A DNA stretch of 64,000 nucleotides from Pseudomonadota bacterium (GTDB lineage Bacteria > Pseudomonadota > Alphaproteobacteria > Rhizobiales > JANQQB01), in contig JBCDLT010000004.1 of the NCBI GenBank assembly GCA_038745065.1, forward strand, positions 69,507-133,506, in the 5' to 3' direction. The position numbers and the translations under genes were made by a program. The notes under the pieces were generated by a model. The model worked only from the letters and a program-made list of their open reading frames with translations. It was not told the DNA's origin and searched no databases. Of this stretch, positions 46,585 to 56,001 are shown one piece after another (within the stretch, counting starts at the first letter, position 1; every line of letters starts with the position of its first letter).

Positions 46585-48219
46585 CTAAGCCACGCGGTCG
46601 CATTCGGCAAGATGTTCGAACAGACGTGCGACCGCTTCGGCGCCCGGATCGTTGTGCCCGGCCAGCTTGCTCGCGGCGATGTAGCTTGCCCGACCGGCCT
46701 TGGCGCGCGTGATGCCGGCCGTCATGTCGGCACCGCCGCGCGCTGCGGTGGCAGCGGCACCGAAGCCATGCGGCAGCGCCTCAAGCGCCGGCATCAGGGC
46801 ATCGATCAGCGTGCGATCACCGGGGCGGGCGCCGCCGACCTGCTGGATCCGGTCGAGGCCCGCTTTTAGAGCCGAGACACCATCGCGTCCGCTGGCAAGC
46901 GCATCGCCGGTGGCCGTGAAGAAGATCGCGAGCAAGACACCGGACGATCCGCCCATGGTCTGGCTCAGTTCCAGTCCGATGGCCCGGTACAATTGGGTCT
47001 GGTCGGCAAGCGGTAACCGGTCGAGGGCGTCGATCAGGGCCCGCGCCGCGGTCGACAGGGTCGATCCCGTATCGCCGTCGCCGGACTTGGCATCCAGCGC
47101 ATTGAGGTCGGCCTCCGACGCGATCAGGGCCGTACAGCAATCGTGAATGAAGGCGCGGGTGGCATCGTCGCGGGACGGCATCGGCTGGATCGGCGTCAAT
47201 CCGTCCGGCAGCGGAACCACGGGAATGTCGGCTACTGGCATACATCCCGGCCAGGCCCAGGGCGCCACGGCGGCCTGGAGCGCTGCCTCGTCGGCCTTGC
47301 TGACCGGCAGCAGAGAGACCGAAAAGCCCTGCATGTCGAGGGACGTCATGAGCGGCGCCGGGCCGATCAGCCAGCGCACCTGCTCGCCGATCCGCGAGCG
47401 GGTGAGTTCTTCCGCAAGCACCGCCATTTCGAGCGGCGTTGCCCCACCCAGATTGTTCAACAGGGCGGCATGCGGGCCCGGGCCGAGGTTCGGCGCCAGC
47501 CGATCGACGATCAGTTCCATCGCGGCGCGCGCGCCGGAAAAGTCGACCTGTTCGATGCCGGCTTCGCCGTGAATGCCGAGGCCGAGTTCCGCCTTACCGG
47601 GTTCGATCCGCTGTTCCTTCGGAGACCCGGGAACCGTGCAGGTGTCAAGCGACATGCCAATGGAGACCACGCCGTCGATGACCCGCTGGGCGGCCTGGGT
47701 GACATCGTCGAGCGATGCCCCCTGGTCGGCGAGCGCGCCGGCGATCTTGTGCACAAAGAGCGTGCCGGCAACGCCGCGCGATTGCGGCAATTCAGGCAGT
47801 GCGACGTCGTCATCGACGACCACCATGGCGACCTTCAAACCGAAGGCACGAGCCCGTTCCGCCGCGAGGCCGAAATTCAACCGATCGCCGGTATAATTCT
47901 TGACGATCAGCAGGCAGCCGGCCTTTCCTGTGACCGCCAGGATGCCGGCAAGCACGGCATCGACAGACGGCGATGCGAAGACTTCGCCGCATACCGCCGC
48001 CGTCAGCATGCCCTGCCCGACAAACCCGGCATGGGACGGTTCGTGACCGGAGCCGCCCCCGGACACCAGCGCCACCTTGGATTTGTCCCAGTCGGTGCGT
48101 ACCACGACCTTGATATGCGGATAACCGTCGAGCCGGGCGAGGCGCCCTCCGGCCGTTCGCAGCGCGCCGTCGATCGCTTCCGTGACCAGGGTTTCCTTGC
48201 TGTTGATGAATTGTCTCAT
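46585..48219 (-). CDS. Dihydroxyacetone kinase, fused DhaK-DhaL (ATP-dependent type)
   Basis: DhaK domain SGGGSGHEPSHAGFVG and IVKNYTGDRLNF, followed by a DhaL-type C-terminal half (DGDTGST). The start forms an ATGA overlap with the upstream ATPase stop. Confidence 0.9.
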   Translation of the reverse strand: MRQFINSKETLVTEAIDGALRTAGGRLARLDGYPHIKVVVRTDWDKSKVALVSGGGSGHEPSHAGFVGQGMLTAAVCGEVFASPSVDAVLAGILAVTGKAGCLLIVKNYTGDRLNFGLAAERARAFGLKVAMVVVDDDVALPELPQSRGVAGTLFVHKIAGALADQGASLDDVTQAAQRVIDGVVSIGMSLDTCTVPGSPKEQRIEPGKAELGLGIHGEAGIEQVDFSGARAAMELIVDRLAPNLGPGPHAALLNNLGGATPLEMAVLAEELTRSRIGEQVRWLIGPAPLMTSLDMQGFSVSLLPVSKADEAALQAAVAPWAWPGCMPVADIPVVPLPDGLTPIQPMPSRDDATRAFIHDCCTALIASEADLNALDAKSGDGDTGSTLSTAARALIDALDRLPLADQTQLYRAIGLELSQTMGGSSGVLLAIFFTATGDALASGRDGVSALKAGLDRIQQVGGARPGDRTLIDALMPALEALPHGFGAAATAARGGADMTAGITRAKAGRASYIAASKLAGHNDPGAEAVARLFEHLAECDRVA

Positions 48220-49226
48220 GGCCCGTTTCCTCCCGGGATGCGGTTTCCGTCTGCGTCGAAATAAAGCGGATTTTTCGGTTCGATCGCGACTGTCTCCCCC
48301 GGTTCAAGGGTGGAGTGCACGTCTGTCAGCGTGACGATGTCATGGTCTTGAAACCTGAGATGCAGGCGGGTCTGGTCGCCGAGATGTTCCAGGCGCACGA
48401 CTGTGGCCGATTTCCCCCCGCCCTGGACTATGTGTTCGGGACGCAATCCGATCGTGGCCGCAGATGACGGTGCGCCGGCGAACAGACCGGCCGGCAACGT
48501 GTTGATCCGCGGCAGACCCAATCGGCCAGCGACATAGAGCGAGACGGGGTTTTCATAGATTTCCCGAGGCGTGCCGAATTGTACGAGCCGTCCCCGGTCG
48601 AGTACGCCGACATGGGTCGCCATCGTCATGGCTTCGATCTGATCGTGGGTCACATAGAGCAGCGTTGCTCCGAGATTGGCCTGGATGCGCTTCAACTCGA
48701 CGCGCAGTTCGGCACGCAATTTGGCATCGAGCGAGGAAAGCGGTTCATCCATCAGATAGATGGACGGATTGCGCACGAGCGCGCGTCCTATCGAGACACG
48801 CTGCATTTCTCCACCCGAAAGCGCGGTCGCGCGGTTGTCGAGCTTCTGGGCAATGCGCAGGACCTCGGCAACTTCCGCGACCTTGCGGGCGATCTCATCC
48901 TCTGGTGTGCGCAGGATCGGTGAGCGCAGGGGGAAGGCCAGATTTTCGCGCACAGTCATATGGGGATAGAGCGAGTATTGCTGGAACACCATGGCGACGT
49001 TGCGCTCTGCCGGCGTCTCGTCGATCACCGGGCGGCCATCGATGGTGATGTCACCCGAATCCGGCCGCTCAAGCCCGGAGATCAGTCGCAGCGTCGTCGT
49101 CTTCCCGGCGCCGGTCGGACCGAGGAGAACAACGAAGGCTCCGTCCGGAACGGTCAGGCTGACGTCTGACAGTGCAACATCCGACCCGAAGGCCTTGGAG
49201 ACCGAGACAAGGCTTACTTCAGCCAT
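48216..49226 (-). CDS. Carbohydrate ABC transporter ATP-binding protein (MalK/UgpC-like), second of two
   Basis: GPTGAGKTT, LSGGEMQRVSIGRAL and LMDEPLSSLD, plus a C-terminal TOBE-like domain. Confidence 0.9.
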   Translation of the reverse strand: MAEVSLVSVSKAFGSDVALSDVSLTVPDGAFVVLLGPTGAGKTTTLRLISGLERPDSGDITIDGRPVIDETPAERNVAMVFQQYSLYPHMTVRENLAFPLRSPILRTPEDEIARKVAEVAEVLRIAQKLDNRATALSGGEMQRVSIGRALVRNPSIYLMDEPLSSLDAKLRAELRVELKRIQANLGATLLYVTHDQIEAMTMATHVGVLDRGRLVQFGTPREIYENPVSLYVAGRLGLPRINTLPAGLFAGAPSSAATIGLRPEHIVQGGGKSATVVRLEHLGDQTRLHLRFQDHDIVTLTDVHSTLEPGETVAIEPKNPLYFDADGNRIPGGNGP

Positions 49227-50316
49227 GCGCCAGCACTCCCTCATTCAGCTCGGATCTGAGCGCCCGCCCGGTCTGGTTGTCGAACAGAGTGATTGTGCGG
49301 GCGTCGAAGGAGAGCCCGACCGTTTCCCCGGCCCGGACCACCTGGTCCGACGGGATGCGGGCCTTGAGCTCGCCATTCGCCGTTGCGAGCGTCACGATCT
49401 GGGTCGTGCCGAGATATTCCGTCGCGCGGATCTCGGCGCGATAGCCGGAAATGTCGCTGAGACGCACATGTTCCGGGCGAACGCCGAAGACGACATCGCC
49501 GTCGAACGGTTCGCGCATGACCGGGATTCCCACCTCCTGGTGATCGAGCTGCACGCTGTCGGCACCGGTATCAAGGCGCGAATGCAGGCGCAGGAAGTTC
49601 ATCGAGGGGGAGCCGATGAAATCGGCGACAAACCGGGTCGCCGGCTTGTCGTAGATGTCCTGCGGAGCACCGAATTGTTCGATGACGCCGTGGTTCATGA
49701 CGACGATCTTGTCGCCCATCTGCATGGCTTCGAGCTGATCGTGGGTGACATAGACGGTCGTGGCGCCCATGCGGTCGTGCAGGGCGCGTAATTCCTCGGC
49801 CATGTGCTCGCGGAACTCGGCATCGAGCGCGCCGAGCGGTTCGTCCATCATAAAGGCCTTGGGATTGCGCACGATCGCGCGACCGAGCGCGACCCGCTGA
49901 CGGTCGCCGCCCGACAGGCCGCCGACCGGTCGTTCGAGAAGATCCGTGATGCCCAGAATGCCGGCGACCTCGGCCACCTTTTCCCGCACCTGGGGCCGTT
50001 TCATGCCCTGGCTGATCAACGGATAGCTGATGTTCTGGCGCACGTTCATGTGCGGATAAAGCGCAAACATCTGAAACACGAAGGCAATATCGCGTTCGCT
50101 CGCCGGCTTGCGGCTGACATCCTCGCCGTCGATGGTGATTTCGCCGGATGTCGGCAATTCAAGACCGGCGATCATGCGCAGCGTCGTGGTCTTGCCGCAT
50201 CCGGAGGGCCCAAGCAGCATGAAGAACTCGCCGTCCTCGATGCGAAAGGACGAGGACTGAACGGCGGTAAAGTCGCCGAATTCCTTCCTGAGGTTTCTGA
50301 CCACGATCTCAGCCAT
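49219..50316 (-). CDS. Carbohydrate ABC transporter ATP-binding protein (MalK/UgpC-like), first of two
   Basis: GPSGCGKTT, LSGGDRQRVALGRAI and MMDEPLGALD, plus a C-terminal regulatory domain. Confidence 0.9.
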   Translation of the reverse strand: MAEIVVRNLRKEFGDFTAVQSSSFRIEDGEFFMLLGPSGCGKTTTLRMIAGLELPTSGEITIDGEDVSRKPASERDIAFVFQMFALYPHMNVRQNISYPLISQGMKRPQVREKVAEVAGILGITDLLERPVGGLSGGDRQRVALGRAIVRNPKAFMMDEPLGALDAEFREHMAEELRALHDRMGATTVYVTHDQLEAMQMGDKIVVMNHGVIEQFGAPQDIYDKPATRFVADFIGSPSMNFLRLHSRLDTGADSVQLDHQEVGIPVMREPFDGDVVFGVRPEHVRLSDISGYRAEIRATEYLGTTQIVTLATANGELKARIPSDQVVRAGETVGLSFDARTITLFDNQTGRALRSELNEGVLAHG

Positions 50317-50319
50317 CGA

Positions 50320-50508
50320 TCACTCCGGAAAATGGCTGACGATGATGAACATGACCGTTCCGACCAGCGTCACGATGAAGGAATAGGTGTAGGCGACGAG
50401 CGCGATGGGTTGCATGAGCATGATCACGCCGAGTGCGATCAGGATCGAGGCCAGCATTTCCCAGGGGCCGCGGCGGAAGCGGCGCAGCCCGTCGAAGAAA
50501 CCGCTCAT
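50320..50508 (-). CDS. Small two-TM membrane protein of the transporter operon (DUF2160-like position)
   Basis: 62 aa: MSGFFDGLRRFRRGPWEMLASILIALGVIMLMQPIALVAYTYSFIVTLVGTVMFIIVSHFPE. The ATG forms an ATGA overlap with the permease stop. An upstream alternative start cannot be excluded. Confidence 0.55.
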   Translation of the reverse strand: MSGFFDGLRRFRRGPWEMLASILIALGVIMLMQPIALVAYTYSFIVTLVGTVMFIIVSHFPE

Positions 50509-51446
50509 TTGCGCACCGCCCCGAAGGTGATTCCGCGCAACAAGTGTTTGCGCAAGAGAATGGTGAACACCATGACCGGCACGAGGAAGAGCGTCGCGCC
50601 GGCCGCAACCGCCGGCCAATCCTGGCCGCCGACACCGATAATCGTGGGGATAAAAGGCGGTGCCGTCTGGGCGGTGCCGGAGGTCAGGAGAACCGCAAAG
50701 GCGTATTCGTTCCACGCGAAGATCAGGCAGAAGATCGCGGTCGACGCGATGCCGGTCGCCGCCTGCGGCAGCACGACCTTGTAAAACGCCTGGAACCGCG
50801 TGTAGCCGTCGATAAGCGCAGCTTCTTCGTATTCGCGCGGGATCTCGTCGATGAAACCCTTCAGGAGCCAGACCGCCAGCGAGATGTTGACGGCCGTATA
50901 GAGCAGGATCATGCCGAGATGCGTGTCGCTCAGGCCGAGCGTGCGGAACATCAGAAAGATCGGAATGGCCACCGCGATCGGCGGCATCATGCGGGTCGAC
51001 AGGATGAAAAACAGCAAGTCGTCCTTGAGCGGCACCTTGAAGCGGGAAAAGGCATAAGCCGCGAGCGTGCCCAGGAAAACGCTCAGGAATGTCGAGCCGA
51101 AGCCGATGATGATCGAGTTCAGGAACCGTTCGCCGTAACGCGACGGACCGGCGATCACCATGTCGCGGTTGCGCACGATTTCCTCATACCAGGTTTCCGG
51201 CGGCGGCAGGGATTCCAGCTGTTCGCGCGAGACCCGGGTCCGGGTCGTGAACAAGTTCACATAGCCTTCCAGCGACGGCTCGAAGACGACTTTCGGCGGA
51301 TAGGAAATCGCATCGGCCGGCGTCTTGAACCCGGTCGTGATGATCCAGATCAGAGGCATGATCGTGATCAGCGCATAAAGGATGACCAGCGTTCCCGCGA
51401 TCCATTTCTGGCCGGCGGACGGCTCGGTGATCGAGTAGCTGCTCAT
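50505..51446 (-). CDS. Carbohydrate ABC transporter permease
   Basis: MalG/UgpE-like six-TM permease with the EAA-loop region EAALIDGYTRFQAF. ATGA overlap with the upstream permease. Confidence 0.85.
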   Translation of the reverse strand: MSSYSITEPSAGQKWIAGTLVILYALITIMPLIWIITTGFKTPADAISYPPKVVFEPSLEGYVNLFTTRTRVSREQLESLPPPETWYEEIVRNRDMVIAGPSRYGERFLNSIIIGFGSTFLSVFLGTLAAYAFSRFKVPLKDDLLFFILSTRMMPPIAVAIPIFLMFRTLGLSDTHLGMILLYTAVNISLAVWLLKGFIDEIPREYEEAALIDGYTRFQAFYKVVLPQAATGIASTAIFCLIFAWNEYAFAVLLTSGTAQTAPPFIPTIIGVGGQDWPAVAAGATLFLVPVMVFTILLRKHLLRGITFGAVRK

Positions 51447-52390
51447 CGTTCCTTGACCTTGTTCAAGGCCTTTACGTAAATCGAGGCAAGGCCGAAGACG
51501 GTGACGAACAGGATGATGGCGTAGGCGGACGCGTAACCGGTCCGCCACTTCTCAAAGGCTTCCCGCTTCAGGTTGATGGAGGTCAGTTCGGTGGTCGATC
51601 CGGGTCCGCCGCCTGTGAGCTGCACCACGAGATCGAACATCTTGAAATTCTCGATGCCGCGAAACAGCACGGCCAGCATCAGAAACGGCAAGACCATCGG
51701 CACCGTGATGGTCCAGAACTGGCGCCATTTCGATGCCCGGTCGATTTCGGCGGCCTCGTAGATGTAGTCAGGGATCGAGCGCAGGCCGGCCAGGCAGATC
51801 AGCATGACAAACGGCGTCCACATCCAGGTGTCGACGATGACGATCGCCCAGGGCGCGAGCGCAACCGAACCGATCATCTGAAACGACGACGGGTCGACGC
51901 CGGTAAAGAACGCGACCACGTAATTGAACAGGCCGATCTGCGGCTGGTAGAGGAAGGTCCAGAAGTTGCCGACGACGGCCGGCGACAGCATCATCGGCAG
52001 CACGATGATTGTCGTCCATAGGTCGTTGCCCTTGAATTTCCGGTTGATCAGCCAGGCCAGCGCAAAACCGATCAGAACCTGGAAGAAGATCGTCCAGAAC
52101 AGGAAATGCGCGGTCGCCTGCATGGTGAGCCAGATGTCGCTGTCGGTCAGGATGCGCTCGTAATTGCGCAGTCCTATATAGTCGACCTCACGATTTGGCC
52201 GGTTGGCGCGGTAATTCGTAAAACTGAGATTGATGGTCCAGATCAGCGGGAAAATATTGACCGCCAAGAGCAGGAAGATCGTCGGTGCGACGAAAATCCA
52301 GGCGATCGTCCGGTCGGACACGCCCTTGATCCGGCGCGCGACATGGGTCGGCGTCGCGCGGGCGACGCGGTCGATCGGTGTGTCTGACAT
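51443..52390 (-). CDS. Carbohydrate ABC transporter permease
   Basis: MalF/UgpA-like permease with EAAEIDRASKWRQFWTIT. Confidence 0.85.
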   Translation of the reverse strand: MSDTPIDRVARATPTHVARRIKGVSDRTIAWIFVAPTIFLLLAVNIFPLIWTINLSFTNYRANRPNREVDYIGLRNYERILTDSDIWLTMQATAHFLFWTIFFQVLIGFALAWLINRKFKGNDLWTTIIVLPMMLSPAVVGNFWTFLYQPQIGLFNYVVAFFTGVDPSSFQMIGSVALAPWAIVIVDTWMWTPFVMLICLAGLRSIPDYIYEAAEIDRASKWRQFWTITVPMVLPFLMLAVLFRGIENFKMFDLVVQLTGGGPGSTTELTSINLKREAFEKWRTGYASAYAIILFVTVFGLASIYVKALNKVKER

Positions 52391-52468
52391 GGACCGTGCT
52401 CCGAGTTCAATCGCGGCTTCGGCCGACCCGGAAGATCTGTTCCGGGTCGGCGCACCTGATCATTTGTC

Positions 52469-53788
52469 TCAGAGTTTGCCTTCGTCCTCAAACGTCTCGG
52501 TCCAATCCTCGATCAGCTTGTCGAGGGCTTCCTGGGCCGTACCGATATCGGCAACCACATAGTCATGCAGGCGTTTCTGCATGGCGAGCAGCAATTCGGC
52601 ATAGGCCGGCTCCTGCCAGAAGTCCTGCACACTGCCCATGGCTTCCAGGAAATCGGCGGCAAACGGCTGACTGTCCTTGAAACCCGGATCGTTCAGCACC
52701 GAGACGTGACAGGAATAGCCGCCGAGCGCCCACCATTTGGCCTGGACGTCGGGCTGCGCGAACCATTTGATGTACTCGAGCGCGGCTTCCTGCTTGTCTG
52801 AATAGGCGACAACAGAAATGCCCTGCCCGCCAAGCGTCGACGCGGCCTTGTTCTGCGCCGGGTTGACGAAGAAACCGATCTTGTCGCCGCCGACATCCGG
52901 ATCCTGGTAGAGGCCCGGGAAGAAGGCGAACCAGTTCATGGCCATGGCGACCTGGCCCGATTTGAACGCGTCTAGGCCCTGTTCCATATAGCTGTCGGTG
53001 TAACCGGGCGGCGTCGCGGTTTTGTAGAATTCCTTATAGAATTCCAGCGCTTCGACGGCTTCCGGCGAATTCACGGCACCGTCCATCTGATACGTGCCGG
53101 GTTCGGTCTCATACTGGAAACCCCACGCATAGAGCGCGCCGGTGGCGCCCATGGTAATGCCTTCCGAGCCGCGTTCGGTGAAGATCGCGGCGCCATAGCG
53201 CGTCTGGCCGTCGATTTCGCGGCCCTGGAAGAATTGCGCGATCTGCAGCAATTCCTTCTGGCTTTGCGGTTCGCGCAATTCCTGACCCGTTGCGTCCATA
53301 TAGGCTTTCTTGATGTCGTCGCGTTCGAACCAGTCGCGACGATAGAACCAGCCATTGGCATCGCCCATGGCGGGCAATGCGTAATAGTTGGGCGTGCCCT
53401 TCGGCCATGTGGAATAGGCATAGACGGTCGCCGGCGCAAAATCGTCCATGCTGATCCCTTCCTTGTCGAAGAAATCGTTCAGCTTGACGTAGTGGCCGTT
53501 TTCGGCGCCGCCGCCGATCCACTGGCTGTCCCCGATCAGGAGGTCGCACAATTTACCGCCGGAATTCAGCTCGTTGAGCATGCGGTCGGCAAAGTTCGGC
53601 CAGGGCACGAATTCGAAGTTCATCGTGTGTCCGCTCTGGGCCTCGAACTCCTTGCTGAGTTCGACGAGCGCGTTGGCGGGATCCCACGCCGCCCAGCACA
53701 GGGTCAGTTCGTCGGCCTGTGCGGCCGGTACCGCCAGACCTCCGCCGGCAACGAGCGCTGTTGCGGCAAGCAATTTCGCGAATTTCAT
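52469..53788 (-). CDS. Extracellular solute-binding protein (family 1) of the carbohydrate ABC transporter
   Basis: Signal peptide MKFAKLLAATALVAGGGLAVPAAQA. ATG 53788 follows GGGAGG. Confidence 0.85.
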   Translation of the reverse strand: MKFAKLLAATALVAGGGLAVPAAQADELTLCWAAWDPANALVELSKEFEAQSGHTMNFEFVPWPNFADRMLNELNSGGKLCDLLIGDSQWIGGGAENGHYVKLNDFFDKEGISMDDFAPATVYAYSTWPKGTPNYYALPAMGDANGWFYRRDWFERDDIKKAYMDATGQELREPQSQKELLQIAQFFQGREIDGQTRYGAAIFTERGSEGITMGATGALYAWGFQYETEPGTYQMDGAVNSPEAVEALEFYKEFYKTATPPGYTDSYMEQGLDAFKSGQVAMAMNWFAFFPGLYQDPDVGGDKIGFFVNPAQNKAASTLGGQGISVVAYSDKQEAALEYIKWFAQPDVQAKWWALGGYSCHVSVLNDPGFKDSQPFAADFLEAMGSVQDFWQEPAYAELLLAMQKRLHDYVVADIGTAQEALDKLIEDWTETFEDEGKL

Positions 53789-53865
53789 GGCTTTCCTCCC
53801 ATGTCTCCCTTTTCGGGATTGTCCCACGATCGGCGTGCGGCCCAATCCCGGATGACAAACCGTAC

Positions 53866-53881
53866 TGAGGTACGCACCTCA
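53866..53881. promoter_or_regulatory. Candidate LacI-family operator, copy 1 (TGAGGTACGCACCTCA)
   Basis: 16-bp near-palindrome (half-sites TGAGGTAC / TGAGGTGC) 78-93 bp upstream of the SBP start. Confidence 0.4.
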
Positions 53882-53895
53882 AGTAAAGCCAATTA

Positions 53896-53911
53896 TGAGG
53901 TACGATCATCA
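53896..53911. promoter_or_regulatory. Candidate LacI-family operator, copy 2 (TGAGGTACGATCATCA)
   Basis: Shares TGAGGTACG...TCA with copy 1 and lies exactly 30 bp from it. Confidence 0.35.
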
Positions 53912-53976
53912 TTTTTGGAAAGACCCGGATCCCCCCGGGCAAAACCTTCGTCAGGCAGGCCCAAGTGAACGCGGAC

Positions 53977-55005
53977 TCAGGGGAGGTTTTCACGCAGCAC
54001 GATATCGATCCGGATCCGCTCCTGGGATTCCACGATCTCGGCATCGTCGCACTTGGCCTTCAGGACACGCACGGCGCTGCGCACCAGATGACCGACATTC
54101 TGAGTGATGACGGCATCGACCTCGCCATCGACAAGCGCCTGGCGCATGCGCGGCGTCAATTCGTGGCCGACGACGACCAGCGAACCGCCGGAACGCTGAG
54201 GCCGGATCGCATCCAGCAGCGCCTGATTGCCGGAACCAAGGGAGTAGACACCGGAAATGCCGGGATGGGTCCGAAAGGCGGCGGCAATCACATCGGCCAT
54301 GCGCTCCGGATCGTCATGCCCCTCGACCGACGGTAAGACATGAATATCGGGGAAGGTTTCCTGCATGGCCGCGTCGAAGCCGAGACGCCGCTCAATGCTG
54401 TCCCGCGCCAGCATCGAACTCGCAACCACCAGGACTTCTGCCTTCTGGCGCGCCTGAAACCGGCCCATAAGGACAGCCGCCGTGCGCCCGGCCGCCCGGT
54501 TTTCAATGCCGACGAAATGGTCGCGCTTGGTGCTCGGCAGGTCGGAGACCAGCGCGACAACCGCCACCCCGGCATCATGCAATTGCGTGATCGCATCGCG
54601 TACCTGAGGGGTTTCGGGGGCCATGATCGCAACCCCCTCCACGTCGGACAAACGGATCCGGTGGATGGCCCGTGCCGTGGCATGGGGGTCGTGGGACGGC
54701 ACAAGAAGCGTGTTGATGGAGATCCGGTCGGAATGGCTGCTCGCGGTCACTTCGCGCAGCGCCTCGCGGATCGTATCGACGAACTGGCCCGGCCCCTCCG
54801 GCAGCACAAAAACGAACCGGTATTGCCGCTTGCGTGCAAGGTTGGCGGCCGACAGATCGCGAACGTAGCCGAGCGACGTGATCGCGGCCTGTACGCGGGC
54901 GATGGTCTTTTCGCGCACGCCGGGCCGCGCGTTCAACACGCGGTCGACCGTCGCGAGGCTGACGCCCGCGGTCCTGGCAATGTCACGGACGGTGGGTTTG
55001 CCCAT
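53977..55005 (-). CDS. LacI-family transcriptional regulator
   Basis: MGKPTVRDIARTAGVSLATVDRVLNARPGVREKT is the HTH_LacI signature and is followed by a periplasmic-binding-like effector domain. Start moved to ATG 55005. Confidence 0.85.
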   Translation of the reverse strand: MGKPTVRDIARTAGVSLATVDRVLNARPGVREKTIARVQAAITSLGYVRDLSAANLARKRQYRFVFVLPEGPGQFVDTIREALREVTASSHSDRISINTLLVPSHDPHATARAIHRIRLSDVEGVAIMAPETPQVRDAITQLHDAGVAVVALVSDLPSTKRDHFVGIENRAAGRTAAVLMGRFQARQKAEVLVVASSMLARDSIERRLGFDAAMQETFPDIHVLPSVEGHDDPERMADVIAAAFRTHPGISGVYSLGSGNQALLDAIRPQRSGGSLVVVGHELTPRMRQALVDGEVDAVITQNVGHLVRSAVRVLKAKCDDAEIVESQERIRIDIVLRENLP

Positions 55006-55042
55006 GGAAAGACCTTTCACGGGCAAATTTACCGCGATTTTT

Positions 55043-55058
55043 TGAGGTACGTCAATCA
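55043..55058. promoter_or_regulatory. Candidate LacI-family operator, copy 3 (TGAGGTACGTCAATCA)
   Basis: Same 9-nt left half plus the terminal TCA. It lies 38-53 bp upstream of the lacI-family start, which would fit autoregulation. Confidence 0.35.
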
Positions 55059-55108
55059 GATTGACCCGGTGCGGTAAACGATCTTCACCGCGGGTCAGCC
55101 AGTCCCGG

Positions 55109-55783
55109 TCATCCGGATTTGTTCTTGCGCGTCGGCGCCCGCGTGAACACCATTTTCTGGTCGGACAGCTTGTCCGGTGGCCCAATCCATGCATAGGCCA
55201 TAAGGGCGGGCTCGCGGTCAGACACCGTGATCCGGTGCAATTGACCGGGCGGATTGAAGATCATCGAGCCCGGAGCATAGACGCCCTGATGGTTTTCGGA
55301 CACCGCACCCGACAGACAGATATAGCTTTCCGTAATCCCGTCATGGGCATGGGCCGGATAGGTGCAGCCGGGTGCAAACAGTACAAGGCCGAGGATGACC
55401 TCTTCTGAGATCACCGGTCCGTAGGGGCCGCACAATTCAGCATAGGCGTATTTCTTTTCCAGGCCACGCGGGACCTTTTCATAGCCGTATTGCCAGCTGA
55501 GCGTCCCGCGGATCGCATCGATGCCTCGGATCATGTCAGCGTGGCGTTCGCGCCGTCCTTCGTCCAAAGCACGGCGAAAGTGCACCGTGACCGGTTTATC
55601 CTGCGGATCGCCGACCTTCACGGACGCGTTGCTCTGCATGACACGGCTGACGGCTTCGCGGACGGCGCGCTGGTGCGCCCGGATCACGGACGAGCCGCCG
55701 GACGGCAGATACCGGTAAATCTCATAGAATTCCCGGAGCAGGTAGAGCCAGTCCGGGATGTCGCTCAATCGGTTTTCAGTCAT
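55109..55783 (-). CDS. dddL: Dimethylsulfoniopropionate (DMSP) lyase, cupin type
   Basis: 224 aa. DWLYLLREF..., WQYGYEKVP..., KYAYAEL... and the cupin metal motif YPAHAHDGITESY (HxHx4E) plus GQLHRI match my recollection of DddL from Rhodobacter/Sulfitobacter. Start moved to ATG 55783. Confidence 0.75.
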   Translation of the reverse strand: MTENRLSDIPDWLYLLREFYEIYRYLPSGGSSVIRAHQRAVREAVSRVMQSNASVKVGDPQDKPVTVHFRRALDEGRRERHADMIRGIDAIRGTLSWQYGYEKVPRGLEKKYAYAELCGPYGPVISEEVILGLVLFAPGCTYPAHAHDGITESYICLSGAVSENHQGVYAPGSMIFNPPGQLHRITVSDREPALMAYAWIGPPDKLSDQKMVFTRAPTRKNKSG

Positions 55784-56001
55784 GCGTACCGCCGACGGGA
55801 GGGTTGATCGGAGACACTCGTTCCAGACGGGGTCCGGGCGTGAGTCGGCTTTTTGAACCAGAGGCCGTCTTTTCGCCAGAGAACGGAAAAATGCAAGCCC
55901 GCAAACGGTTTCCAATTGTCACGGCATGCGATTTAATCGCCGCGCACGCCAATCCGGGCATAATCCGGGAAGCCCCAAAACGCAGTCAGGAGTAGAAAGT
56001 C

